Source: Nannocystis bainbridge (GTDB lineage: Bacteria; Myxococcota_A; Polyangia; Nannocystales; Nannocystaceae). Taken from it: a stretch of 64,000 bases of DNA. Positions within the stretch are counted from its first letter, which is position 1; each line of letters opens with the position of its first letter. Shown here piece by piece: positions 18,066 to 27,838 of this stretch. Both the position numbers and the translations under genes were made by a program. The stretch is taken from contig NZ_JAQNDL010000001.1 of assembly GCF_028368995.1 (NCBI RefSeq), positions 4,096,001-4,160,000 of the forward strand, written 5' to 3'. The notes beneath the pieces are model-generated. The model was not told where the DNA came from and did not search any database. It saw nothing but the letters and a program-made list of their open reading frames with translations.

Positions 18066-19588
18066 CCTTCCGACCATCCGCCCTCGCAGCCGTTGAACAG
18101 CTCGTCGGCCGCTTCCGGGCCCCACGAGCCGGCCGAGTATTGCGCCGGCGGCGGCGCGTCGGGCCGGTCCCATGCGCCGCGGAACGCGTCGGCGAACCGC
18201 CAGCTGGCCTCGATCTCGTCGGCGTGGAGGAACAGCGTCTGGTCGCCCGTCATCGCGTCGAGCAGCAGGCGCTCGTAGGCCGGCGCGGTGCGGTCGCCGA
18301 AGCGCTCGCGGTAGTCGAAGTCGAGCTCGGCCGGGGCCATCACCATCGCCGCGCCCGGGCGCTTGACCCCGAACGCCAGGCGGATCGCCTCGCGCGGCTG
18401 GATCGACATCGTCAGCGCGTTGGGGCGGATCTGGCACAGGTCGCCCTGGCGCAGCCGCTCGCGAAATTCGTCGTCGGAGATGCCCTCGGGGCGGTTGAAA
18501 AGCTGCACCGGCGGCACGCGGAACTGGATCCGCACCTCGGTGAATTTCTTCGGCAGGCGCTTGCCGTGGCGCAGCAGGATCGGCACCCCGGCCCACCGCC
18601 ACGAGTCGCACTCGGCCCGGATCGCCACGTACGTCTCGGTGCGCGAGTCGGCCGGCACGCCCTCCTCGGCGTGATAGCCCGGCACCTTCTTGTCGGCGAC
18701 CTTGCCCGCCTTGTACTGCCCGCGCACCGAGTAGCGCTGCGCGTGCTCCGGCCCGGGCACGTGCAGGCTGCGCAGGAACTGGACCTTCTGCCCGCGGATC
18801 GCCGCCGCTTCGAGCGAGCTCGGCGGCTCCATCATCACCAGCGCCAGCACCTGCAACATGTGATTCTGCAGCATGTCGCGCAGCGCGCCCGTCGAGTCGT
18901 AGTAGGCCGCCCGCCCGCGCTCCATCCCCAGGTCCTCGGCCACCGTGACCTGCACGTGCTCGACGTGGTGCCGGTTCCACAGCGGCTCGAAGATCGCGTT
19001 GTGGAAGCGGAACCCGAGCAGGTTCTGCACCGTCTCTTTCCCGAGGTAGTGGTCGATGCGGTAGATCTGCTCCTCGCGCAGCGACTCGTGCAGCTGCCGG
19101 TTGAGCGCCGCCGCCGACGCCAGGTCGTGGCCGAACGGCTTCTCCACCACCACCCGCCGCCACGCGCAGGTCTCGTCGGCGCGCACGTGCAGCAGCCCGC
19201 CGACCGACAGCAGCGCGACCGTGGGCGCGAACAATTCTGGCTTCAAAGACAGGTAGAACAGCCGGCCCGCGTCGCGCCCGCCGGGCAGCTCGTCGAGCCG
19301 CCGCGACAGGCGGTCGAGATCTTCGGGGTTGCCGACGTCGCCCTGCAGATAGTGGACGCGCGGCGCGAGGGCCTCGAAGTCGGCGCGCTGCTCTTCGGGC
19401 ATGGCCTCGCGGATCTGCTGGCGATAGGTCTCGTCGTCCATCGGCCGGCGAGCGACCCCGAGCACGTGGAAGCCGCCGCTCGGGCGACCGCGGGCGGCCA
19501 GACTGGTGAGGGCGGGCATCAGCTTGCGCAGCGTGAGGTCGCCGCTCGCGCCGAAGATCACGACGTGCGCCGGAGGAGAGGAGGGCAT
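18062..19588 (-). CDS. zwf: Glucose-6-phosphate 1-dehydrogenase
   Basis: [51 protein letters not shown]. Confidence 0.96.
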   Translation of the reverse strand: MPSSPPAHVVIFGASGDLTLRKLMPALTSLAARGRPSGGFHVLGVARRPMDDETYRQQIREAMPEEQRADFEALAPRVHYLQGDVGNPEDLDRLSRRLDELPGGRDAGRLFYLSLKPELFAPTVALLSVGGLLHVRADETCAWRRVVVEKPFGHDLASAAALNRQLHESLREEQIYRIDHYLGKETVQNLLGFRFHNAIFEPLWNRHHVEHVQVTVAEDLGMERGRAAYYDSTGALRDMLQNHMLQVLALVMMEPPSSLEAAAIRGQKVQFLRSLHVPGPEHAQRYSVRGQYKAGKVADKKVPGYHAEEGVPADSRTETYVAIRAECDSWRWAGVPILLRHGKRLPKKFTEVRIQFRVPPVQLFNRPEGISDDEFRERLRQGDLCQIRPNALTMSIQPREAIRLAFGVKRPGAAMVMAPAELDFDYRERFGDRTAPAYERLLLDAMTGDQTLFLHADEIEASWRFADAFRGAWDRPDAPPPAQYSAGSWGPEAADELFNGCEGGWSEG

Positions 19589-19679
19589 GGGGCGCGGCAA
19601 TGGTAGCCCGCATCGCCGCGCGCGGCAGCCCCCGCGCCGGGCGGCCGGGGCCGGCTCGCGTGGTACATTGGCGCGCGCC

Positions 19680-22364
19680 ATGGATCCGGAGCGCCAGCGC
19701 CAAGCCGAACAACGCCGCCGAGAGCGGCGCTGGGACCTGTTCGGGCCCTACCTCGCAGAACGCGCGTGGGCCACCGTGCGCGAGGATTACAGCGACGACG
19801 GCGACGTCTGGCGCTACTTCCCCCACGACCACGCGCGCTCGCGGGCCTACCGGTGGAACGAGGACGGCCTCCTCGGCATCAGCGACGAGCACCAGCGGCT
19901 GTGCTTCGCCCTGGCGCTGTGGAACGAGCGCGACCCGATCTTGAAGGAGCGGCTGTTCGGGGTCACCGGGCCGCAGGGGAATCACGGCGAGGACGTCAAG
20001 GAGGTCTACTTCTACCTCGACAACACGCCAACCCATAGCTACATGCGGGCGCTTTACAAGTACCCGCAGGCGGCGTTCCCGTACGAGCGCCTGCTCGCCG
20101 AGAACGCCCGCCGCCGCCGTGACGAGCCCGAGTTCGAGCTGGTCGACACCGGCGTGTTCGACGGCGGCCGCTACTTCGACGTGTTCGTCGAGTACGCCAA
20201 GGCCGGCCCGACCGACATCCTCGTTCAGATCACCGCGCACAACCGCGGCCCCGATCCGGCCCCGCTGCACCTGCTGCCGACGCTGTGGTTCCGCAACACC
20301 TGGGCCTGGTCCGACGACCCGCGCGTCCCCACCCTCACCCCGGCCCCGCGCCCCGACGGCCTGCCCGCGCTGGTCGCCGAGCACCGCGAGCTCGGCGAAC
20401 TGTGGTTCGTCAGCGAGGCCCCCGGCGCCCTCCTCTTCACCGACAACGAGACCAACGCCGCGCGCCTGTTCGGCGCCGACAACCGCACCCCGCACGTCAA
20501 GGACGCCTTCCACCGCCACGTCGTCGACGGTGAGTCCGGCGTGCTCGCGGCGGCCGGCACCAAGTCGGCCGTCCACCTGCGCGCCGTCGTCGCTCCCGGC
20601 GCGAGCTGGACGGTCCGCCTGCGCCTGTCCCCAAAGACAGCATCACCACAGTGCCCCGACGAGCCGGTCCTGGACCCCGAGCTCGCCGCCCCGTTCGCCG
20701 ACTTCGACGCCTTGATGCGAGCTCGCCGGGCCGAGGCCGACACGTTCTACGACGGCGTGCGCGCCGACATGACGGTCGACGAGCGGCAGGTGTTCCGCCA
20801 GGCGATCGCCGGCCTGCTGTGGTCCAAGCAGTTCTACCACTACGTCGTGCGCGACTGGCTCGCCGGCGACCCGGCTCAGCCGCCGCCGCCGCGCGAGCGG
20901 ACGCGCGGGCGCAACACCGACTGGCGGCACCTCTACAACCACCACGTCCTGTCGATGCCCGACACCTGGGAGTACCCGTGGTACGCGGCCTGGGACCTGG
21001 CGTTCCACTGCATCCCGCTGGCGCTGGTCGACCCCGAGTTCGCCAAGTCGCAGCTCGACCTGCTGACGCGCGAGTGGTTTCTGCACCCGAACGGGGCCAT
21101 GCCCGCGTACGAGTGGAACTTCAGCGACGTGAACCCGCCGGTGTTCGCGTGGGCGACCTGGCGGGTCTACAAGATCGAGCAGCGCCACGGCGGCAAGGGC
21201 GACCGCGCCTTCCTCGAGGCGATGTTCCACAAGTTGCTGCTGCACTTCACCTGGTGGGTCAACCGCAAGGACTCGGCCGGCAAGAACATCTTCCAGGGCG
21301 GCTTCCTCGGGCTCGACAACATCGGCGTGTTCGACCGCAGCGCCGGCCTCCCGAGCGGCGGCGTGCTCGAGCAGAGCGACGCCACCGCGTGGATGGGCAT
21401 GTTCTCGCTCAACATGATGACGATGGCGCTCGAGCTGGCGCGCGAGAATCCCGTCTACGAGAAGATCGCCAGCAAGTTCTTCGAGCATTTCCTGTCGATC
21501 GCCGACGCCATGAACAACCTCGGCGGCGAGGGCATCGGCCTGTGGGACGACCAGGACGAGTTCTTCTACGACGTCCTGCACCTGCCTGATGGCCGCGCCC
21601 TCCGCTTGCGGGCGCGCTCGCTGGTCGGCCTGATCCCGCTGCTCGCCGTCGAGACCATCGAGCCGCTGCTGCTCGAGCAGATGCCTGGATTCCGCCACCG
21701 CCTCGAATGGTTCCTCGCCCACCGCCCCGACCTCGCGCGCCTGGTCTCGCGCTGGTACGAGCCGGGCGCCGGCGAGCGCCGCTTGCTCGCCCTCGTCCGC
21801 GGCAGCCGCATGAAGCGGCTCCTGCGGCGCATGCTCGATCCGGGCGAATTCCTGTCCGACTACGGCGTGCGCTCGATGAGCAAGATCCACGCGACCGAGC
21901 CGTACCGCCTGCACATCGACGGCGCCACCCTCTCGATCGGCTACGAGCCCGGCGAGTCGCAGACCGGCCTGTTCGGCGGCAACAGCAACTGGCGCGGCCC
22001 GGTGTGGTTCCCGATCAACTTCCTCCTGATCGAGGCGCTACAGAAGTTCCACCACTACTACTCCGACGACTTCCGCGTCGAGTGCCCGACCGGCTCCGGC
22101 CACTACCTGTCGATCCGCGAGATCGCCGACGAGCTGTCGCGCCGCCTCACCCGCATCTTCCTGCCCGACGCCAAAGGCCGCCGCCCTTACGCCGGCGACG
22201 ACCCGCGTCAGCACGACCCGCACTGGCGCGACCACCTGCTGTTCCACGAGTATTTCCACGGCGACACCGGCCAGGGCCTCGGCGCCAGCCACCAGACCGG
22301 CTGGACCGCCCTGGTCGCCAAGCTGCTGCTGCAGCAGTGCCCTCCGCCCGACGACGACCACTAG
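19680..22364 (+). CDS. GH63/MGH1-like glycoside hydrolase
   Basis: [74 protein letters not shown]. Confidence 0.9.
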   Translation: MDPERQRQAEQRRRERRWDLFGPYLAERAWATVREDYSDDGDVWRYFPHDHARSRAYRWNEDGLLGISDEHQRLCFALALWNERDPILKERLFGVTGPQGNHGEDVKEVYFYLDNTPTHSYMRALYKYPQAAFPYERLLAENARRRRDEPEFELVDTGVFDGGRYFDVFVEYAKAGPTDILVQITAHNRGPDPAPLHLLPTLWFRNTWAWSDDPRVPTLTPAPRPDGLPALVAEHRELGELWFVSEAPGALLFTDNETNAARLFGADNRTPHVKDAFHRHVVDGESGVLAAAGTKSAVHLRAVVAPGASWTVRLRLSPKTASPQCPDEPVLDPELAAPFADFDALMRARRAEADTFYDGVRADMTVDERQVFRQAIAGLLWSKQFYHYVVRDWLAGDPAQPPPPRERTRGRNTDWRHLYNHHVLSMPDTWEYPWYAAWDLAFHCIPLALVDPEFAKSQLDLLTREWFLHPNGAMPAYEWNFSDVNPPVFAWATWRVYKIEQRHGGKGDRAFLEAMFHKLLLHFTWWVNRKDSAGKNIFQGGFLGLDNIGVFDRSAGLPSGGVLEQSDATAWMGMFSLNMMTMALELARENPVYEKIASKFFEHFLSIADAMNNLGGEGIGLWDDQDEFFYDVLHLPDGRALRLRARSLVGLIPLLAVETIEPLLLEQMPGFRHRLEWFLAHRPDLARLVSRWYEPGAGERRLLALVRGSRMKRLLRRMLDPGEFLSDYGVRSMSKIHATEPYRLHIDGATLSIGYEPGESQTGLFGGNSNWRGPVWFPINFLLIEALQKFHHYYSDDFRVECPTGSGHYLSIREIADELSRRLTRIFLPDAKGRRPYAGDDPRQHDPHWRDHLLFHEYFHGDTGQGLGASHQTGWTALVAKLLLQQCPPPDDDH

Positions 22365-22503
22365 GCCGCTTCGACGAAGACCTGGAAGCCGCCAGCGTCG
22401 CCGAGGTGCGCACGATCGCCGGCGCCTTCCACCGACCTCCGAGAACGCCCGAGCGCGCAGTCGATCGAGATCGCCGCGCCATCGATCCGTGAATCACAGC
22501 CCC

Positions 22504-22533
22504 TTGACGGCGCTGGCGCCGGCGGCCGATCGT
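22504..22533 (+). promoter_or_regulatory. Sigma70-like promoter candidate, leaderless
   Basis: TTGACG-N18-GATCGT-N7-ATG(22541). Confidence 0.4.
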
Positions 22534-22540
22534 GCGCGTC

Positions 22541-23074
22541 ATGCCGTTCCGGTGCCTTCTCTTGTCGCTCCTCGTCTCGGGATGCGCGACCCACTACCAG
22601 CTCGACGTCGTCGCTTCCGAGCCCGCGCGGCTGCCTCCCGGCATGTCCCCGCTCGACGCGTCGGCGTGCCCGTCGGCCGCGTGGCGGACGAGCTACGACT
22701 GGCGCGCGTCCCCCGACGATCGGCGCGGGCGTGGCAAGCCGGTGCGCGTCAGCAGCCGCTGCGCGGACCTCGCCACGCAGGCACAGGCGGGCAAGGTGGA
22801 GCTCGCCGGCGACGCAAAGATCGAGCTGACCGGCTCCGCGCGGGGCCCGGGCCCGGCGGAACATCGCATGCTTCAGGAGTTCAGCTTCGACGACGGGAGC
22901 GGCGTCGTCGACATTCGCGACACCAACGGCCGCCCACGCACGATCGGGCAGGTGAAGCGCATCGAATACCACAGCAACGTGGTGATCATCCGTGTAGCCG
23001 ACGGGTCCGGCTTCATCGTCGATCCGCAAGCGGTCCTCGGCGTGCACTGGAACGCCGACGCGGCGAAGAAGTGA
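22541..23074 (+). CDS. Hypothetical lipoprotein
   Basis: LLLSLLVSGC lipobox. Confidence 0.7.
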   Translation: MPFRCLLLSLLVSGCATHYQLDVVASEPARLPPGMSPLDASACPSAAWRTSYDWRASPDDRRGRGKPVRVSSRCADLATQAQAGKVELAGDAKIELTGSARGPGPAEHRMLQEFSFDDGSGVVDIRDTNGRPRTIGQVKRIEYHSNVVIIRVADGSGFIVDPQAVLGVHWNADAAKK

Positions 23075-23099
23075 GCGCATCTCGAGCGATGCACTCGAA

Positions 23100-23123
23100 A
23101 GACATGCTCCAAGCGACATGTCT
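23100..23123. repeat. 14-bp-period CATG decamer array (2 units) between convergent genes
   Basis: AGACATGCTC-caag-CGACATGTCT; CATG at 23103 and 23117. Confidence 0.8.
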
Positions 23124-23169
23124 CGCTCGCGTTCACGCAGGCGAGTGGCCCCGCGTCACCCGCCGAGCG

Positions 23170-23673
23170 TCAGTCGTCCAGCGCCTCGGCCTCGTCGCCC
23201 TCGAGGTCGAGCTCGAGGTTCTCGTAAAAGTCGTCCGACACGACGAACAGCGGCCAGTCGGGCTCGATCTCGACGAAGCCGCGGCGCTCCTGGAACATCG
23301 CCACGTCGTCGAATTCTCCCTGGTACCAGCCCCACAGGAAGCGCACCCGCAGCGGGTCGAGGTTGCGGGCGCGCAGCTCGTCGACCACGTCCGCGATCTC
23401 CTGCTCGTCGAACTCGTCGATGTAGCTCTCCGCCTCGTCGATCAGCTTGCCCAGGTGGGCGATGCCCCGCTTCGTCAGCTTGTACAGCTGCGACTTGCGA
23501 TCGATCTCGATGAAGCCGTCCATCACCAGCTTCTCGAGCACCTCCTCGAGCGGAGCGTGCTGCGGCTCGAGCAGCACGGGCAGGCGGATCCCGCCTTCGC
23601 CGCCCTTGAGGTCGAGCTTCTTGAGGACGAAGATCCCGGCGTAGACGAGCTTCTTGGCGTGCGAGACGGTCAT
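23170..23673 (-). CDS. Hypothetical protein, possible winged-helix element
   Basis: LEKLVMDGFIEIDRKSQLYKLTKRG resembles a wHTH wing; AGGAG RBS. Confidence 0.75.
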   Translation of the reverse strand: MTVSHAKKLVYAGIFVLKKLDLKGGEGGIRLPVLLEPQHAPLEEVLEKLVMDGFIEIDRKSQLYKLTKRGIAHLGKLIDEAESYIDEFDEQEIADVVDELRARNLDPLRVRFLWGWYQGEFDDVAMFQERRGFVEIEPDWPLFVVSDDFYENLELDLEGDEAEALDD

Positions 23674-23683
23674 GGTGCTCCTG

Positions 23684-24217
23684 TCAGCAGCTGTGCCAGC
23701 GTGCGGCCTCGAGCTGGACGAATCCGTCGCCGGCGAGCGACCAGTCGGTCGCTCCGGCCCGGCGGCGCAGCCAGGCGACCACGTCGCCTGTCCCGTAGTA
23801 CATGCGCCGTCCGGCCAGGGCCGGCGGCTTGGATATCCGCGCGCGCCGCGGGTTGCACAGCGCGAGCACGATCGTCCTGGCGTCGCCGACGATCGCCGGC
23901 ACCCGCGTGGCGAGGAACTCCGACAGCAGCGCGATCGCCGAGTCGGACTCGTTCAGCGCGAACTCGAGGTTGATGTCGCTCGGCACCCCGCCGCGGCGCG
24001 GCACCGCGATCTCGTCCTCGTCCGGGCTGTGGAGCGCGAGAACCAGCGGTGCTTCGACCCACAGCGCCTGCTCCTCGCCGATCAGCTCGACCCCCGGCAG
24101 CGCGCACCAGCCGTAGCGCGTGTGTTCGTGGTCGACCGGGACGTCGCCGTCCTGGTCGAGCCCGAACAGCGCCAGCGGCGGCGTCTGCTCGAACGGCAGG
24201 TCGCGCAGCGAGGTCAT
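23684..24217 (-). CDS. Hypothetical protein
   Basis: ATG 1 nt after the upstream stop; operonic with its neighbours. Confidence 0.65.
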   Translation of the reverse strand: MTSLRDLPFEQTPPLALFGLDQDGDVPVDHEHTRYGWCALPGVELIGEEQALWVEAPLVLALHSPDEDEIAVPRRGGVPSDINLEFALNESDSAIALLSEFLATRVPAIVGDARTIVLALCNPRRARISKPPALAGRRMYYGTGDVVAWLRRRAGATDWSLAGDGFVQLEAARWHSC

Positions 24218-24218
24218 G

Positions 24219-24968
24219 TCAGGCGCGCAGCAGCACGCGCGACCGCTTCGCCTTGGACCCGAACCCGCCGCCGCGTCGACCGCCACCGCCGCCGCCGCCC
24301 GAGCGACCCGAGCCGCCGGAGCCCCAGGCCCCGCCGCGGTTGCCGTACGAGCGGCCGGAGCTGGCGCCGGACTTGGGCGGAAACTTGCTCGGGTTGGCCG
24401 CGCGATGGCTGTCGCGGTGAGCCGCGAGCGCCCCGGCGCGGGCCGGGCTGGTGCTGTAGGGCGTCATGTACATGGGTCGGTAGCCCGGCATGAACATGTT
24501 GCTGAGGAACGAGCCGAGCATCATGCCCGCGGCGATGTCCCACATCGGCGAGCGGTAGTGCGAGTAGCCCCCCGCGCCGGCGATCTGGTACTGCGCCGCG
24601 CCCTCGCCGACGACGTCGCGCTTGATCGTGAAGATCTTCTCGGACTCGCCCGCGGCGCCGTCGCCGTCCTTGTCGAAGAAGCCCGTGACGACCTGGGACT
24701 TGTCGTCCTGGTCCTTCACCGAGATGCTGACGACCTCGTCGCCGGTGTAGATCTCGTTGACGCGCTTCTCGAAGTCCTCCGGCCCCTCCGCGTCACGGTA
24801 GGCCTGGTTGATCGCGTCCCAATCGATCTCGACCCGCGTGTCTTCGGTGACGACCCAGCGCTCGTTCGAGCGCTCCGACCCGCAACCGGTGACTCCGCCT
24901 AGCGCGACCGCCGCCGACAACGCGACGACGAGAGGACGGCCTGCAACCTTGGACAGTGGACTTTTCAT
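24219..24968 (-). CDS. Lipoprotein with Gly/Ser/Arg-rich tail (DUF1190/UPF0323-like)
   Basis: GVTGC lipobox, AAGMMLGSFLSN segment, RGGGFG tail. Confidence 0.7.
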   Translation of the reverse strand: MKSPLSKVAGRPLVVALSAAVALGGVTGCGSERSNERWVVTEDTRVEIDWDAINQAYRDAEGPEDFEKRVNEIYTGDEVVSISVKDQDDKSQVVTGFFDKDGDGAAGESEKIFTIKRDVVGEGAAQYQIAGAGGYSHYRSPMWDIAAGMMLGSFLSNMFMPGYRPMYMTPYSTSPARAGALAAHRDSHRAANPSKFPPKSGASSGRSYGNRGGAWGSGGSGRSGGGGGGGRRGGGFGSKAKRSRVLLRA

Positions 24969-25067
24969 GGATTTCTTCCGCAGCGCGAAAACCTCCGCGT
25001 GCATCGCAAAAACTAATGCCCAGGGCCACCCCCGTCAAGGATCGAGGCGGCCTGCCCGCGCGTGTGC

Positions 25068-27206
25068 TCACGGACCCGCGGTCGCGTCCGCCTTGTCGCC
25101 GTCCTTTGCGGCGGCGCTCGCGGAGCCGTTGGCTCGGCCTGGCGCCTTCTTGGCCGCCTGTCCCGCCGCCGCCTCGATCGCGGCGTCTTCGCTGGGCCGC
25201 TCGCCGGCCGCGCCGCGGAACTCCTCGGGCAGCTCCGAGCCGTCGACGCGCTCGAGCAGGATCAGCCCCATCGTGTCTTCGAGCGTGCGGAACTTGTTGC
25301 GCTCGACCAGGCGCTTGTAGCGGCGCTCGTCGTCCTTGCTGAAGCTGTAGACGTCGGTAAACAGGACCACGTATTGCGCGTCGGCAATCATCGGCCAGTG
25401 GTACGCGTGGCGGCGGTTCGAGAAGTGCGGGCCGATCTCGTGGCTGACCGACACCTTCGAGTCCGGCCCGATGCGCGCCACGATCTCCTGCACCTTCGCG
25501 TAGCGGTCCTTCATCGCCTGCGTCGGCCGCCGCTCGAGGCGGGTCCAGCCGGCCACGAACGACGCGTTCTCGAACAGCACCCCGCGCTTCCACGACACCA
25601 GCAGCGACCCGGTCAGCATCCCGAGCAGCAGCGTCCACGCCACGCGCGCGCGGGCCAGCCCGAGCCGGCGCAGGCGCTCGCTGTCGACCGCGCGGGCCAC
25701 CCCGTCGGGCAGCGCCGCGAACAGCATCGGGAACAGCAGCGCCGAGTATTGATAGTGGAGCGAGAACAGGTGCTTGCGGCTGGCCAGCCCGAGGAACAAG
25801 AGCCCATGGAGCATCAGCACCACCTTGCGGCCGGCGGCGAACGGCAGCGCCAGCAGCGGCAGCAGCAGGTGGAAGAAGAACAGCAGCTTCTCCTCCTTGA
25901 ACAGCACCTGCAGCGCGAACAGCGGGTTGACCAGCAGCGTGGTGAACAGCCCGCGCGCGCCCTCCTTCTCGTGCGGGATCATCTCCTCGTAGAAGTAGAT
26001 GTACGAGTACGCCTTGTCGGCCGACATCAGCAGGCTCGAGTCGGCCATCACGAACGCCTTGACGAACGCGAGGTACACTAGGCTGACGGCGATCGTCGCC
26101 AGGCCGGTGCGCGTGCGACCGATGAGGATCGCGTAGGCGCCGATGAAGCAGTTGAGCAGGCTCATGTCCTCGCGCGTCGCCAGCAGCAGCGCGAACACCA
26201 GCCAGTAGCGGCGCATCCCGCCGATGTCGAGCAGGTACACCGCCCACATCGCCAGCGGCACCATCAGCGCCACCGAGTGGAAATCGAACATGTTGACCCC
26301 GTGCAGCGCGGGGTACAGGAAGTAGACGATCGTCAAGATCGTCGCCATCCACTCGTTCTTCAGCCGGCGCCGCGCCAGTAGCCACAGCGGCAGCGCCCCG
26401 CTGGCCAGCCACAGCGTCTGGACCACCAGCAGCGTCTCGGCGTGCGGGTACAGCAGGTAGATCGGCGCGATCAGCAGCAGGATCGGGTCGAAGTGCGCCG
26501 ACATGTGATTGCCGCCGCGGATCAGCGAGCAGTCGAGGAAGTGGCCGTGCGCCGTCTGCCACACCAGGTTGTCGTAGATCCCGAGGTCGTAGACCGTCGA
26601 CGCCAGGTTGCGGTGGTCGAGCAGCGCGAACCAGCACAGCAGCGCGCAGTAGCCGACGAATCCGGCGGCGAACACCGCGCGAGCCAGGCGAGGATCGCGG
26701 GCCGGCACGAACGGGTCCTCCGGCGGCGCGAACCGCTTGAGCCCGAGCGCGCGGTAGAAGAACGTCATCGCCAGCGCGGTGACGGCCGCGATCATGAACG
26801 AGGTGAAGATCGGGTGCTTGACCTCGACGCGGGCCACGCTGATGCCGATCAGCAGCGGCCCGGCGAGCAGCGCGAAGGCCCAGCGGTTGGTCGCGGCGAA
26901 CGACGCGCCGAGCGACAGCCCGGGCTCGGTCCGCCGCCGGCGCCGCCACAGCGCCACGTACGCCGCCGTGGTCGCCACGATCGAGACCGCCACCGCCGCC
27001 AGCACCTCGAACCGCTGGTCGATCGACAGGTCATTGCGGACCACGTAGCGGAGCGCCGGGGCGCGCAGCAGCGGCCACAGCGTGAGCCCCGGTGAGATGG
27101 CGATCAGCAGGTACAGCGGACCCCAGCTCCACAGCTGCGCGACCGTCGCGTCGATGGCCCGCAGCAGGCGTCCCTTCGGCGGTTCGGTCTCCGGTGTCGT
27201 CGTCAT
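25068..27206 (-). CDS. DUF2079-like polytopic membrane protein (GT-C-type glycosyltransferase-like)
   Basis: YDLGIYDN..WQ, HFDPILLL.P.Y, LLVVQ, FDFH, REDM, YQYS motifs; many TM helices. Confidence 0.8.
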   Translation of the reverse strand: MTTTPETEPPKGRLLRAIDATVAQLWSWGPLYLLIAISPGLTLWPLLRAPALRYVVRNDLSIDQRFEVLAAVAVSIVATTAAYVALWRRRRRTEPGLSLGASFAATNRWAFALLAGPLLIGISVARVEVKHPIFTSFMIAAVTALAMTFFYRALGLKRFAPPEDPFVPARDPRLARAVFAAGFVGYCALLCWFALLDHRNLASTVYDLGIYDNLVWQTAHGHFLDCSLIRGGNHMSAHFDPILLLIAPIYLLYPHAETLLVVQTLWLASGALPLWLLARRRLKNEWMATILTIVYFLYPALHGVNMFDFHSVALMVPLAMWAVYLLDIGGMRRYWLVFALLLATREDMSLLNCFIGAYAILIGRTRTGLATIAVSLVYLAFVKAFVMADSSLLMSADKAYSYIYFYEEMIPHEKEGARGLFTTLLVNPLFALQVLFKEEKLLFFFHLLLPLLALPFAAGRKVVLMLHGLLFLGLASRKHLFSLHYQYSALLFPMLFAALPDGVARAVDSERLRRLGLARARVAWTLLLGMLTGSLLVSWKRGVLFENASFVAGWTRLERRPTQAMKDRYAKVQEIVARIGPDSKVSVSHEIGPHFSNRRHAYHWPMIADAQYVVLFTDVYSFSKDDERRYKRLVERNKFRTLEDTMGLILLERVDGSELPEEFRGAAGERPSEDAAIEAAAGQAAKKAPGRANGSASAAAKDGDKADATAGP

Positions 27207-27339
27207 AAAGCCTGTCTCGCACGGCCCGCAGCGGGCCAAAGGACCGCGTTCTCGGGGGCTCGGAAAAGAGGGCGGGAGTGTACCAGCGGGCCCAGCAGCC
27301 CAGCAAGCCGCGGCCTTTTGCGGCACACTTCCACCCGTC

Positions 27340-27816
27340 GTGCTCCTGTTTCTCGTCCGTCACGCCATCGCCGCCGAAGCCACGCCCGACCGCCCTGACG
27401 CCTCACGCCCGCTCACCCCCGCGGGCGAGCGCAAGTTCGCCGCCGCGGTGAAGGGCGCGCGTCGACTCGGCTGGCGCTTCGACCGCCTTTATCACAGCCC
27501 GCTCTTGCGCGCGGTTCAGACCGCGGACCTGCTGCAGCCGCTGCTGGAGGGTCCGCGCCAGACCCTGCCGGACCTCGCGCGCCCGCCCGACATCGAGATG
27601 CTCGCGCACGTCGAGGGCGAGCGTGTCGCGCTGGTCGGTCACGAGCCGCATTTGAGCGCCCTGCTCGCCTGGCTGACCGCCGGTGAGATCGCTCGCGGCG
27701 AGCGGTTTCCGCTCAAGAAGGGCGGCGTCGCCGTCCTCTCCGGACCGCTGCGTCCGGGGTCGATGGAGCTGCAGGCGCTGGTTCTGCCGAAAATGCTGCG
27801 ATTGCTCGGCGCCTGA
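27340..27816 (+). CDS. sixA: Phosphohistidine phosphatase SixA
   Basis: LVRHA, RPLTPAG, SPLLRAVQTA, LVGHEP, LKKGG. Confidence 0.88.
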   Translation: MLLFLVRHAIAAEATPDRPDASRPLTPAGERKFAAAVKGARRLGWRFDRLYHSPLLRAVQTADLLQPLLEGPRQTLPDLARPPDIEMLAHVEGERVALVGHEPHLSALLAWLTAGEIARGERFPLKKGGVAVLSGPLRPGSMELQALVLPKMLRLLGA

Positions 27817-27838
27817 TACCCTGCTGCCCGCTGCGATC

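Noticed and set aside
17382-20576. 1064-aa ORF as a giant Pgl fusion
   Set aside because: Only the last ~227 codons are Pgl. The upstream part is an off-frame read through zwf and antisense to the GH63 gene.
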